64,000 nucleotides of DNA from Eutreptiella sp. 'Long Island Sound 2002' (lineage: Eukaryota; Protista; Euglenida). Made by a program: the position numbers and the translations under genes. How positions within the stretch are numbered: position 1 is the stretch's first letter; every line of letters starts with the position of its first letter. Positions 22,299 through 36,300 of the stretch are shown here, in pieces. Location: assembly GCA_964036045.1 (NCBI GenBank), contig OZ038378.1, forward strand, positions 181,412,001 through 181,476,000, given 5' to 3'. The notes under the pieces are model-generated. The model was not told the DNA's origin, ran no database searches, and saw only the letters and a list, made by a program, of their open reading frames with translations.

Positions 22299-25200
22299 TG
22301 TCAGCGGCCGCTCATCGCATTGCCCCGATTTGTGAGGAGCAATGCGGCCAGAAGCCCTTGTACTTTGGTGCATTGATTGTCCACACCGACACGTGTGCCA
22401 TGTAATGTCCTGCGTGCAACACCGGAGGCGGAAAGGCAACAAGCGATGACAAAGGGTCAGAGGATCCTCCCCAGCCTCGTCACTGTGATCCTTCCCGAGG
22501 CATCGTCTTAGGACCCTGTACTCCATCCCTCATTGCCACGCAACATGACTCCTGGGAGATCAAGGCGGCCACATTGGTTCGCTCCGCCCAGGCCGCACCA
22601 TGGCTCTTGACCTGCCGATGCCGGGGAAACGGCAGCTTGAAAAAAAATCCTCCGCACAGCTGACCAAAAACCAAGCTGTAGGGCCAAATCAGTCATGTTC
22701 GGGATGATATTGTGGGGTCGGGACACTTATAGTACTGCATTGCGTCACCTTGTATTGTAACCTTTGGGAAAGAAGGTGTGCCCAAGACAAGACCAATGTC
22801 ACTCTGTGATGTCTTATCTCACTTCACTGTTGAACTTGTGGGCTGGGGAAAATGTAAGTCGAGTACAAAATGAATTTTGTTTTCTGCTGCAAAGGCGAGT
22901 GCCAATTTTTTCTGTGGTAAAGGCGAGTAATCTTTTGCGCAGTAAAGGCGAATACCAAATTGTTTTTTGTGCAATTCCAATTTGTTGTCAGCCGAGATTT
23001 TTTTTCTTTGCAGTAAAGGCGAGTACACGCTTTTTCTGTAGTTGCCAATACGATTTTTTTGTATTCACCGTTACAGCGGAAAAAAATACACAACTTACAT
23101 CATACACTTTTGGGCCAGGCCTCACACCGTCACAACCTGTACCTATGACGGCTGGGAAGCCTTCCATCAAGCAGAATGTGAGCCCTTCACATTTATATTT
23201 GCCAGTGGACCAGATCTGGCGTATTTGCAGCGAAGGAATCACATGACTTATGCACACCCCACCTGCTGTCTCCTGAGCTCACTCCTGGACCATTTAGTGT
23301 CCCTGTCAAACGTCATTCCTGTGACCATTCGCATGTCCTTACAAGAGTGCACAATGTTGCCCGCACCTCAAAAGTCTGTGCCTGTTAAATTGCCTGCACA
23401 TTATTGACTATGGGGGTGTTTCTGCAAAGCATGCGCACAGTGCCCAATAGTAATTCAACTTTCCCGTGGCCACCCTGAAATTCACCCACCGCCGAGGAAG
23501 CACACATGCACATGGCAAAAACAGCACTGAATCATTGCACATTCCCAAGCTGTGGCCCCAAATGGATGTCCTCTGTGGTCACAACACATTATCGACTTGC
23601 CACTTGAGACACGTGAAGGACTGGGGGCTGTGTGGGGGGGACATAGCTCTGGGCGTGGGCGGAGATGGAGGGTTGGGGGAGCAGTGAGGTGGCGAACCGG
23701 AACTTGGGATGGCAAAGCACATGGAGTCCATTTTGCATTGCCAATTTACCACCTTGACTGCATCTTGGTAATATTCCAACTTGAGCACGCCATCTGTGGC
23801 AGGAACTTTTGCACGCCATTGGAGCGGGTGGAGAGCACCCAATCCCCAATACTGAGATCCATGGAGAATGAGAAAGTGGGTTTGAGACATGAGGAGGGAA
23901 GTATGTTGTCCTGCAGCAGGCCCCCTGAAATTGTATGTATCACCATCACCATAACCAAGCTCAGGGTGCCCGTTTCAGGAAGCAGGTGCAAGTAGAGAAG
24001 GGCAAATGATGATGCAATGATGCATAACGCACTACCCCATCCCTCCTTTGGCCAAACTACAGCAATGGCTAAGGAACGCAGCAAGCAGAACTGGCCCAAA
24101 ATAGCTTACTGACAAGTGGTCTAGCGTTGCGATGGCCTGGAAGTGACCTCATGAAATTTGAAATTTTTGACAAGATTCTTGGGAAAATTCAAAATAGTGA
24201 ACCCATTTACCGGTAACCTTCAAGTAATTGCTCAATGCAAAGTAGAGAGCACCATTGAAGCACAAGAAAAGATCCCAAAGTCTAACTCCTCATAGGTTCA
24301 ATACTATTAAGATTCAAAGTGACCACATGACAAGGTGGTTTTTAGGGCTCTCTATATTAAGCCTGGTTGGAGCCATGCAAAACCACTATGCCATAGATAC
24401 ATCCGGATGGTATGAGGAGGCAACGGAAGGAAATTCACTATACAAAGCACACATCTAAAGTAGAGAGTCCTCGCTCTTGTAGGTAACAAATTTTGGGGTC
24501 AAACTCAACGTTGACCTGGAGATATGAATCCAAAACGTGAGCACATAGACAAGGAAAATTTGGACATGCTGAGCAATTTTTCCTAAGTATGAAATTTACT
24601 CAGAATGGCGTGCCCAAATAAAACGATAGCGATCCAACTTGCGTCGACGCGTTCGTAACTTGACCAGAGATGCGTAGTACAGACCATGGAGACTAGGAAT
24701 AATCGAACGTTTGAACGAAAAAACCAATATTAGTGGATCTCGATGGTCATCACAAGTGAGGTCATGAAATTCATAGGTTGAAAATGAAGTCAATCTTTGG
24801 CAAACCCATGCACAATGCACGAGCGCATATAATACAAACAAATGCAATATGCAAAGCAGAGACATGCCCCAACATGCACAAACCAAAATTGGGTTCAAAC
24901 TCCCCACGGGCTTTGAGAACAGACCCCTGAAGGTGAGCCCATGATTGACAAAAAATGAGTAAAACTTGACATGAAAATGACATACTGAAAAGAGCTTAAA
25001 GGGATTCAAAGTATTTTGCAAAAAGAAGATGTTTTAGCGTCGACGGGGCTCAAACTCTTCTATATCTTGTATGTACCCATCAACTACGAACAAAACAAGC
25101 TCTCACTTGACTTCTGTCGCCATGATATCTTAGAGATATCATGGCAAACTTTGAGCACATGGAAAAAAGTGTGCTCAAAACCAAGTTACTAAAATAAAGC

Positions 25201-28200
25201 TGGGGCTTGGCCATTGGCTCAAAATGCAATGGAATAAAAACATACACACATTCGAGACATGCCCGCATGTGGATTACAACTGATTTAAGTAAATCAAGCC
25301 AATGGTGGCGAACACAACCTGTCCAAAGTGGACCCATAGCATGGCCACAAATGGCTCTTTTGGGCCATGCCCAGTAGCCTCACCATGGATGACGCAACCC
25401 ACCATGGTTGTGATTCGAAATTCTTACCTCAAATTCGATTGAACCCAAAAAGTATAGGGTCTGTGTGAACCATGGGAAGAGGAATATACCTTTCGTTCCA
25501 TGGGGCAATTCATGATACTCTTGGAATCCTATTTTTATGAGTCAACGTCAATAATTCAGTCATAACTCTGAACCTACTTGCAACACACAAGCTTAACTAT
25601 TATACCAATCAAATAGACACTTATGGCCTTCTTATGCATTTGGTCTTGAGGGTTTGGGATGCGGTGGCTCAAAGATATGCCCTGCTAAAGTGACCCCATG
25701 ACATGCACAAGAATGGCATGCCAAGACTAGTCAAATGAGGGGCAAGGGGAAAGGAAGGCACCGTAAGGTGCCGGAGATGCCTATTGACCTACTTCTCGCG
25801 CAGCACGTGCACACCGCTGATTACTAGCGTAAGGTGCATGCGTGCACCATAGACTCTGGTCTAGGTGCAAGCCTACACATGGCACTTTTAGGCTCGCTTC
25901 TAGGCTGTTGCATTACACGCTGGAAGACCACCATGCACAAAGCAAAAATGACCGAAAGCTAGCAGCTCGGATGCGGAAGAATCTGCAATACGTGCCACTG
26001 TGTAATTATGACAAGACGCCTCGCAAAAATGAAAATGTGTCAACATGTTAATGTTAATGTGGCAACAGCAAAATTTGGAAAGAAGATCCTGATTTCGGAA
26101 TGCAGGTTGAAAATTGTCTTCACAAGTTTTGCTTGCCAATTTTGAGATGCTCTGTTTCTTAGGCTACAGTGTTGAAGAGTATTTCTAACGAATCATTCGT
26201 CATTGCCACAGACAGGCCCATCACAGCTGCGTTGAAAACACAGAGAGCATTGAGGCTTCTTGCACATGCGCTGAAGCCCAATGAGCCCACCTCACAATGC
26301 CATCACGAGCTTCTAAAACACCGGCCCAAACAGCTCACATAAGAAACAAAGACTCCCTGTTGGAAACCACCCCCTCAACCATAAGAAATCCCACTTCTAG
26401 GCACTGGGTGCACCTGTCAATACGTCCGAATGAATCTCAAGGCAACAGTCATCACTTGCGGTACACGGCACGGTCACATATGTTCAAATGTGCCAGCGCT
26501 GCAGTTCTGTGCAGGTCTTACCTGCGCTTATCTTCACTCTGTGCATACTCGTCGTTTAGGCTTGCCTGCTTGCCTCTCCCCCGTTCCTATTTATACCCCG
26601 ATGCCCACCTGTCTCTCGAATCCGTTCACCCCATTACCCCGTGACTTGGGAAGCCAGAGTTTCGGTACCCAGTAGCGCCTGTGCAACGTAATGCCCCCAC
26701 TCCCCACCGATCCCTACTCCTCCCACTCCCCCCACTCCCCCCAGCTCCCCTATGTTAGAGTAGGTCGACCCACCTTCACGGAAACCCCTGCCTGGGGGTC
26801 AGCACGCAGTGTTTGTGGTCTCAATCGATGAGGTTCGACGGCCAACCCTACGGTGCGGGATGAGGGGGAGGGGGAGGGGAGGGTCCTTGCGGAAAGCAAA
26901 CAGCAACAAGACGATGGTGGCCGGGCAAGATGAGCCCAACACGATAAGAAAAGCAAGGGAGCTCACGAGACCATGCTCGAAACAATGGGATATGGTTTGG
27001 CAGAAAATCGATCGCTTGCAACGCCCCTGGACTCGAGGCATCTCAGAAATCGCCCAGCAGAACACGACGACACTTGTGGCACATCATACGGATCCCCTGG
27101 GTCAAACCAGGGGCCTTGGGGTTGGCATCCTGGGTTCTTGCGCTGGGTACGTCACGCCTGACCCACTCAGCAGTCGGGGGGGGGGGGGGCTCCCTGCTGC
27201 GGAATATGAGTCGGGGCCGTCCGCAAGTAAACTCGAAAAGTAAAAGACGTCACAACAGAAAATGACGCAGAGGCCTGGTATCTGCTACGGCGTGGTATGT
27301 GGTATCCCCAAACCCCTGACAAACAAGAGGTTGCTGCAAATTGGGGCCAGAAAAAGCACCAATTTTTGACTTATGCAACAGACAAGGTAGCAGGTAATTT
27401 TCTCCTCCAAAGTGTCAAGGACATGAGCAACCTCCTTTCTTTTGTTTGATACAGTGAGTGCCCGGGGGGCCCTTCTGAAATCGACTGCAAAAACCAATTT
27501 ACCAAAATGGATCCCACCAATGCGGTGAAACACATGACGGAGCCCCGCCAAAAAAAATGGCTCACAGGTCTCAAGCGATGGCATGCCAAGGAGCTCATAC
27601 GGTTTGTACACAGGGAATATTGCAGGATTGATAAGGCAGGCAAGGGTAGTTCCATCAAGTACTGGCATTTGTCCCATGAATATCTAGCAAACGTCCTTCA
27701 CGTTGAACTTACTGACCAGAGTTGTGTTTGGGCGGTAGGAGAGGAACGCCACAGGTTACAATGCATTCCCATAGGGGGCCCTTTTCTGTGTCAAGGGTGG
27801 ATTTGCATGGTGTTTGGGGGGTGTACAATCTAGATATCTGTTCTGCAAGCTCGGGCAACTTCGGTTCTCCGACGGTGGACGCTCGCTCGACAGCGGCAGG
27901 TCAATGAACAACGGCAGTCGACCAGCTGGCAATGACCAGTAGCAGTGGGCAACCGACAGCAGTGGGCGGTCCAGCGCCGGCGATCAGTGGTCTATCGAGG
28001 ATTCTGGCAAGCAACCGCCGGCGACTGGTGGTGCATAACCGCGTGTAACGGTTTGCCGGGCGGTCAGAGTGCCGCGCTGAAAAAAAAACAAAACACAAAA
28101 CATTGGCCCTTGCGGACAGCTCCGGTTGCAGCCCTCGGATGCGCCGCGCAGCACGCAGACCATTCAACTCTTTACCGACGGACTCGAACAACAGATTCGC

Positions 28201-29204
28201 AGCGTCATTCCGCTCAGTCTTATTCTCAGCGGTTTTCAGACCCCCCGGTCCACGCACGGGGGGCCTCCTGCCGACGCCCACGGGGGCTGTGGTAGCCAGA
28301 GGGGTCCGGGGGGCGACGGGCATCGGGCACCTCAAGAGGGGGCCCCCCCTTGGGCCCACGCGTACTGCGAGGTCTGCATCCATCCAGACACCCCTTTGAC
28401 GCAGGCGCCTTAAACGGATCCGAGCATTTCCGTTGAAAACGCCCCTCAAGACCACCCCAACCGAGGCTTCTGGAAGACCATTCATCCATCTGAGCGCTGT
28501 TCCGGGCCCTCAGTGTGGGGCCCCACAGACGGGTCACCCCCGCAGTACGCCCGCCTGGCGCGCGGATGCCGGTCATACGGGTCCAACGCCACCCACTTGG
28601 CGCACGCCGCAACGGATATTTGCCGGGGCGGAATTCGCGGGGCTGTTCGGCCGAATTGCACGGCAACGCTTTGCCGAACCGAGCGCCCCAAGCGCGGGAA
28701 CGCATGCCCCAAAGGCGCGGGAACCATCTACCCTCACGTGACACGACATTTGCACTGATGGGCATAGAATTGGTAAAATGTGTCGTAAACAAAATAGCCA
28801 TTCCCATCCTCGTGTGTGCCGTTCAAATATCGAATGGGACTATTTGGTGCATTGCTTTTCTCTATTATGGTGACGAATTCAATGAATGGGATGGAATGAG
28901 CTCCTCTGGTTGTATTTGACGAACAATATGACTGCTTTTTCGGTATTCTTGTTGGGTCTTGTCAATAAGGGAGGGTAAAACTGGGGCTAGAGTCGAGATA
29001 CTCGGCATAACTCAGTGTTCACGGACATATGTGCCGGGCGCTACCGACCGTGAGTACAACGAACCCGCAAGTCTGGGCAACTTGCACTCTGGACATGCGC
29101 ACGCCCACGTGGCAGCATGCTCCTTCACCCCTGCGCCCCTCATGCGCCACAGTCTGGCCCCAGGAAGTGTGTGCCAACGCGTGTACTGCGCACAAACTTC
29201 CCAG

Positions 29205-32200
29205 TCATTGGCGCCACAACTTGGAGCCCTCAGCTGCGGTATCGTATCGCTTTCCGCGGAAATCGTGTCTCTCGAAGTCGATGATGTACTTCTGGTACAC
29301 GGACTTGAGCGTTTCGTTGATTCCTGTCCAGCATCGGCGAGGGCGCGCTCGGGGCGTGCGCACTTCCGCGAAGCATGATGCCACCCGTTGGGGGCGCTCG
29401 GGTGGAATCAATACAACGCTTTTCACAGTCAAGTCCGAAGCCCTTGGGCTGACACAGGGGCTTTCCCCAACACCTCCCAACAGAATACCAAATGGATATC
29501 TCATGCGGGGCTACGCACTTTTAGCACAAGCAGTCCCTCAGGTGTTGGGGCAAGAGCGGGTCAGCGACAAGGCAGATTGATCTGAGCGCTTGCTTTGGGG
29601 GCTTTGTGGAAGAGGGGATATTCACAGGGTTTTCTAGGGCGGCGTGTTCCAAAAAAAGCGTACACTGAAGGGGTGGGGTGGGGTGGGGTGGGGTGGGGTG
29701 TGCGCATCGGAGTGTTCTCATGTTGTAGCTTGTTGCACTTTCGTAAAGGAGAGATCACCGGAATCTTCATCAACCAGAGTTGTTTGCAAATCTCTTAGTG
29801 TTAAACAACATCATCTTGACGTCCGTTGGACGAGTAAAGAAGGCGTCGGATAAAGAATGGACTGATGCCCAAAACACGTAATAAAATTGGGACGGGCAGA
29901 TGTGAATCTTTATGTTCGCTCTAGCCCCACCTCCTCAACAATACGTCATCTGGCGCGGGGAACACTTCCACTGCGCACCCTCTGTGCAGGGTGCCGCTCG
30001 CTATCCGCAGGTGTGGTCATGGAAATATTAATTTTTGTCGGAGGAGAAACACCAGGAGAACGTGGTCTGGCAGGATTTTGTGGAGTCTGCAGGGGGCTCT
30101 CCATTTGGCAATTGACATCTCCACATTGAGATCTGACCATTTTGAGTTTTCATAAGTGGATTTTCCGGCGGCAGCATATTTGGGTCAAATCAAGCCAACC
30201 AAATAATTTTCGTCCACTGAGAGTAATGGGGGGAGTGACCTGACCGAAACTCGTGGGGGCATGGCTGACAAAATACAACACTACGCCAAGCACAGTACAC
30301 CATCCAGCAAACAGCAGACCGCTACATCAAGCAGACCGCAATGCATGTTGCATAAAAGGCATAGCACAGTATACCAACGACACCGTGGCGCCCCTGCCGC
30401 AACACCCCACCAAAATCGGACACGCACTCTTATTTCGACTCGTGACAGCACTCCTGTGCAAGAGGCCCCTCTGATGGCAATCTTGGCCCCAAGCGACTTT
30501 GCAAGGACTGGAAATGCACAGGGCATACGAGACTGCAATTAAAGACGGCATAGAGGCCAGATCAAAGGAAGACATGCGCAGCTTGCTCCCCAATCCGATG
30601 GCACATCATTCCCGTTGCAGACTGGAGGTCCTGGGGTTCGATACCTCGCATGGGTGCTATGCAGGGAGCTGATCAGAATATGGCACGGCACGCCAAGCTA
30701 AGCTGGGCGAGGAACAAGGCGTACCCGGGACACCCACCCAATCTTCGTTCTCTTTGCTGATAATGTCCAGCCATCGGTTCAGCATCACTGTCTCCCATCC
30801 TCCCAAATGCGTGACGACGTTGTACAAATACCTGCAGCAGAACCAGGGGCAAACAAGAGACGACGGCTTCTAGATTATGGGGCATCCCATTCCATCTCAG
30901 GCTACCCTCCTCGATAAGAGTGTGCCCCGACACATATGCACAAATTGAAGGTTCGATGGCTCCGTGTCGCGTTTTGCACAGCTCCCGGCATGGGGACCAG
31001 GAAACCCAAGTCACCACTCGGCCCGAGGAGAGCATGCGTGCAGCAATGAGCAACGAAATTTGTATGAAATGTGTTGCCCGCCAGATCCCATTCTGGGGTC
31101 TGACGTGGGCTGGAGGCTGCTCGGGGCGCGTACCACGCACACGCTGCCTGTCACCGCTCAGTTGTGATATAGCGATGCTCAATTAAACACCCCAGGCCTA
31201 CTCATAACCCACTGCTCACTGATAATGGCGGACTGGTCACGCATGACATGCGACGTGCCATTTGCCGGACAAATACCAAGCATGTCCCAATGCCGTTTGG
31301 GACCTCTTTGTGACCTCGCTCAGAGAAACCTGATGCTCCCCCGCACACCGACGATACCTGTTCGGAAAACCACTCCCTTCACAGCAATGGAGCAGGAGTT
31401 GACGTCAGGTCAGGGCCAGTCCCCAGCCCTACCCCTGACACTCTTGTGCCCGTGCGGTAGAGTGCGGCAAAGGGCCCCGCTCGTGAAAATGAAATGCTTT
31501 CACCGGAGGCCCAGCGACAGCATCCCCCCGCCTTCCGGACCGGGCCGTGCGCACCATTGCACGTGCACCCCCTCGTGTGCAGCAAGGGACACGGACATAC
31601 CACAGACTGAGGGGTTTGCCTCCCGCAAGCGGAGGGTTATGCAGAACGGACAGATCCTGTGCGAAAACAATTGCCAGTGCTCAAACGGACACAAGAGTGG
31701 TGTGTGTTTCAGAAACTGTGCAGGACGGGACCTCAGGTATGGTGTGGGACAAAGTTGGGGGCGGGCCCGTCAGTGCACCGCACCCGGGCGTGGACGTGCA
31801 ATCTTGGACCCTCCCTCTCGAAGATGCTTCCCAGGTCCAGCGTGTGCGGGCCCATCGATTGCAGGCAAATCTGCCGGGGCTCCTTTGCATTTGGGGCTGC
31901 GGGGGCATTTGGCTGCTTGCAAGGGGGGGGGTTTTCACATGCCTGGGGCAAAAAGTGGGAGGACAATTGGGGGCGGGGGGGGGGTGGGGGGCTCAAGGCA
32001 ATTTTTCGAAGCCGCCCCTTCCAGCTCGTTGGCCGCGCCAGGGGCACAATCTAGACCGACATGTCAATCAGGCCGCCTAGCGGCTATGGCAGGACATGTG
32101 GGGCAGCCCAGACGCTTGTAGGACAGCTGTGGATACAGCATTTCGCCGCAGGGGCACCCATGTCCGGACGCCAGCTCACATGAGGGGCCTATCTCCGGGG

Positions 32201-33307
32201 CACTGGCTTGTCCTCAATGTGGGGTCCGTGCTATGGGATGCCCCCCCTGTGTGACATTCCGTCTGGTTGTTGCTCCTTTACGGGGCCCTGGACAGTCACC
32301 CGTTCTTCCCTTCGCATGTTGCGTCGGGTCGCTGCTTTCGGTCGGCCGCTGCGGCCGGTGCTCTTGCTGGTGTCGTTTCCGCGTTCGCGGGGCCCAGTAG
32401 TTGGCGTGTTGGGACTGTGCTGAATGTGGCATGGTGTGCCGTTTGCGCGTCAGTGGCGCCCAATAATTGGCGTATTGTGGATGTGCTGGTTGGCACAGGT
32501 GTTGGCACAGGGTGGCACAGGTGTGCTTACAACTGCCGAAATACGCGGCCAACGAGCTATGGGAAATGGTCATCAAAAAGACAAGGAATACAGGGGAGAC
32601 AGGGTAGACAATCATCGAACACTCTGTGACAGGCGCCGAAGCCGCGGAGAAAATTCGTTCCGATCACTGAAAAGGGGGGGAGGGGGTCCAGGCGGGAGCC
32701 CCCTGCCGGAACGAAAATTAAAGCAAAACCCTGGGGGGAAGGGGGGGGGGGGGGATGGTGCTCGTCGCTCCACTCGAGGACCAATTTTTCTCATCACCCA
32801 ATGCAGCTGCACGAGGCATACTTTACTTTGGGATTTGTAGAACTTCATGATGTCGACAAAGAACTGGCTCTCGGTGCGGCACTTGGCCAACTTCGGATTC
32901 CACACGTTCATCGTGCAGTACCACTTGGACCGGCTGCCAGGCATCTTGTGGCCCCTGCAGATGTCCAGACATGTGCACCCCCTTGAGCCCCACCCTTTCT
33001 ACTGCAAGAGATCGGACCAAGACCTTTGCTTAACGTACCCTTGCACCAGACATTCGCCTCTGGGTTAGACCCACCATTTAGCAAGAGCCTGTTGCATCAT
33101 CCATCATGTTGCGTTGCGTTGCGTGGTGTTGTCTTCTGTGGTGGGGTGGGGTGTGGGGTGGCGTGGCGTGCTACACTGTGGTGCGCTGCAACGGACCAGA
33201 GAAGTCGGTGGCAACCACTGGGTCAAGCAACTGCAACTGGGCCGCATACCTCTCAATTGTGGCCCAGGATCCGCATCGATCACACCCGATCCATTCCACA
33301 CGCCTTC
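29205..33307 (-). CDS. CW-ARID module 3 (terminal); exons 33250-33307, 32822-32954, 31601-31656, 30725-30831, 29205-29323
   Basis: Spliced: VEWIGCDRCGSWATIER|GHKMPGSRSKWYCTMNVWNPKLAKCRTESQFFVDIMKFYKSQSK|DLSVLHNPPLAGGKPLSLW|YLYNVVTHLGGWETVMLNRWLDIISKENEDWVGVPG|INETLKSVYQKYIIDFERHDFRGKR...stop. Four consecutive junctions are phase-compatible and rebuild complete CW and ARID consensus patterns. Confidence 0.85.
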
Positions 33308-36300
33308 CTGAACCAGCACAGACGCGAAGCACCCAGGGCCAACAAATGACACCCGTTGCGGGTCCACTGCCCAGTGCAAACCACATGGCAGACTGTTAAC
33401 CCCTGGTGGTACTGGGGGGGGGGGTACCCCTGCCTCAGACGCAACTCTCTGGCAGTAGAGGTCGGCCGCAGGCCCCCAGAGGGGCGGCTTGCGTGCCATA
33501 AAGGCTCAGTAAATGTGCTGGTTGGTACTTCTAGTTGTATGCAGTGGTCTGAGTTTCGGAAACTAAATTGTTTACCTCACATGTGTTGCCTGCTCCAAGC
33601 CACTGGGTAAAGGCATTTCGACCAGATGAGAGTGGGACAGCTGTCCCTCTGCTCACAAATGCTGCTGCTGCCCTATGGCGCCCCTCCCATGCCGGCGCCA
33701 GCATGCTTCACACACCGTCTTTCCCAAGACAGTGAAGCTTGAAAGGTGCTCACCACCACTTGTAACACGGAGCCAGAGGGTTCCGGATCACCAAGTGTTA
33801 CCCATCAGCGGTGGGCAGCATGTCCAGGCATTTTCCCATTTTGTGGCGTAGTTCGTTGGTGTAGTGCGCCAATGGCAACGAAATGTAGACGAGGTCACAA
33901 CCCCATGACTCCTGTCAAGGGCAGACTGGAGCTACCGAAGCAGGCGAACAGGGGCGCAGCTCCTATCCTTGTGGACGGCATATGTCAGCACACGGGTTGC
34001 ACTGTGTGTGGAGGGGGACTGGATTGCCATGTGTGTGCAGGGGAGAGGGGGGTGCTAAGATGGCCTTGGTTGTCGAAGGATTTCCCCCTGTCATTGCGAC
34101 GCCCCTCAACCTGTTGCTTTCTCCCAGATCAAGCCTTTTTTTGCTGGGGGGGTGGGGGGGGGGGGGGATGAAACTCGACCCACCCACCCAGCCCCGGCCT
34201 TCTCGGGGTCCTGAAAGTGGGGATACATCAATATGGCTGCATAACCGGCCAAGACCGGCCCTGAAAAGAAGTACTAAACCACCACATGCTTAACGACTGT
34301 CCTTAACAAAACAAACCCCTCCCACTCACGGTATACCCCCGCGTGAGGGGATCAATTCTCAATGACCCACCCACCCACTCCGAACCCGCCCCATCCGCAG
34401 CACAAAAAAAAAAAAGCATTGTCCGAGATCCCCGCCTAATGCAGCTCACCTGACATTCTGGGGCTTGGGGGCCGCTGGCTGCCACCAGTGGCGGGTGCAG
34501 CGAACTTCCCCCAATTCCGCCCGCCCCCACCGCCCGCTTGTGTAGATCTCCTGGGCATTGCCTGTTGGCTCCCGGGCTTCCGGTCCTCGTCAGTAACCGC
34601 GCTGTGTCATGGGGTGTGTGGTGGGGGCGTAAACCAATTTACAGGGATTCGGTTGGCCATCAGGCTCCCACCCGGCGCCCCTGAAGAGGCAGTCCCCGAT
34701 GAAGACACCCAACTCGGGTTGGAGTGGCTGTTGGGAGGGAAAAGTTGTAAGAATGCCTAAGAACGCCTGCGTTGAGTTGCGCTCCCAATTCATGCAGCCA
34801 GCCACGCCCCGTTCCCCTCCCAGCCTACCTAAGCGCCCTGGGTGTTTTGCACTGTGTCTCCCAGCGATCCGGGTGGGGCCTCCCATAGGGGAGGGCCCCG
34901 TTGGAACAGACATCAGAAGCACACAACAACCAAGGCCCCATCACTGCAGGGCGTAGTGGGACACGCTCCTGAAGCTCATGACTGCCTAGGCCCCACCACA
35001 ACGCCCTGGTAGAACACACAGTGGAAGCACAAAACCACCTCGGCCGCACCGAACAGCCTTGGAAGCACATGACTACCGAGGCCCCAGTGGTGGAGCACAC
35101 CCTTGGGGCACATAACTACTCAAGCTCCACCACTGCACGGCCCTAGTACAACCATCACAGGAAGCTCATGACCACTCTTTGGGCCGCACTACAGGGCCCT
35201 AGTGAACAAAAAAAAAGACAATAGAGCACACAGCTGCGGTGCACAACCATTTGGGCCCATTGTAGGGCCTTTGTGGAGTTGGACCGTTAAAGTCCTAGAA
35301 TCTTTGGTTCCCATTGCTCTGCATGCCGACCCATCTGGCGCATGCCACGCCAGTGCAACGACCCTGGCCCTCTCCCTCTGAAACGGCATGTAAGACATCC
35401 ATGTGAAACGACTCACAGCAGCGAATACGGGCTCTTGAGGAGAATGGAGTTTACTGTGTGTATTGGCATATGCTTTGAACAGCATGTGCAGCAGGGGGCC
35501 ACCTGCCATGTCATCAGCCTTCATCCCCTCCCTTCTGCCTGGTAAACCGGGGGGGGGGTCCACGTCGAGGTTCCATTGGGCGGGAAGAAAATTGCTCTGC
35601 GGGGGGGGGGGGGACACGGAAGCCCATTTTCCCAACCCCCCCCCCTCCCTCCTTGGCCGCCGTGACGGGGAGGGGGGAGTTCAGGGCGGGGGTGCCCGAC
35701 CTGCCGTGCCGGGGGGGGGGGGGGGGTCAACCCAACATCGATGGCTCAAAATGATACCCACGTCGCGCTGATCATTTTGACTACTCAAATGTGGGGGGGG
35801 GGGGGGGGAATTATTGGTGGAAAAAACTTTTTCGGGCCAAATCTTGTGTTCCTGTGCCTTTGGCGCCAACATCCGTTCTTACACAAAACAAAGGGCCCGA
35901 CACGGAACCCCATTTCTCCAACCCCCCCCCCCTCCCTCCTTCGGCGGGCGTCCATGTCACCCCCCCCCCGCAGAGCAATTTTCAGGTTGCCTTGGAAATG
36001 GGCAGTGGACCTTGATGTCTGTATGCACCTGAGCGTTGTTAGGGGTTGGTACAAACGGGGTGCAGTGCCAAGTGTTTTGTATGGCCTGTGTTTTGTTGTT
36101 CGAGGTCCGTTGGGAGAGGGCGCACCTGCCATGTCATGTGCCCTCACCACCTCCCCTCGATGTGGGGGAGGGGCCCTGGGAATCATCAACCGGGTCCTTG
36201 GCTCCGGCCGGGGCTCCGGCTTTGGCTCCGGCTTTGGCTCGGGTGCTGGCACATGAGCGGTTTCGTGTGCCTTTGGGGCCTGAGCGGAGCATACAGCAAC

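Noticed and set aside
31277-31357. Phase-compatible candidate exon in module 3
   Set aside because: Skipping it gives a clean ARID (SLW|YLYNVVTHLGG) that aligns with modules 1 and 2; including it would disrupt the domain.
33349-33391. CHVVCTGQW as the N-terminal half of CW3
   Set aside because: Exon 33250-33307 (WIGCDRCGSW) fits the CW consensus far better and is in phase.
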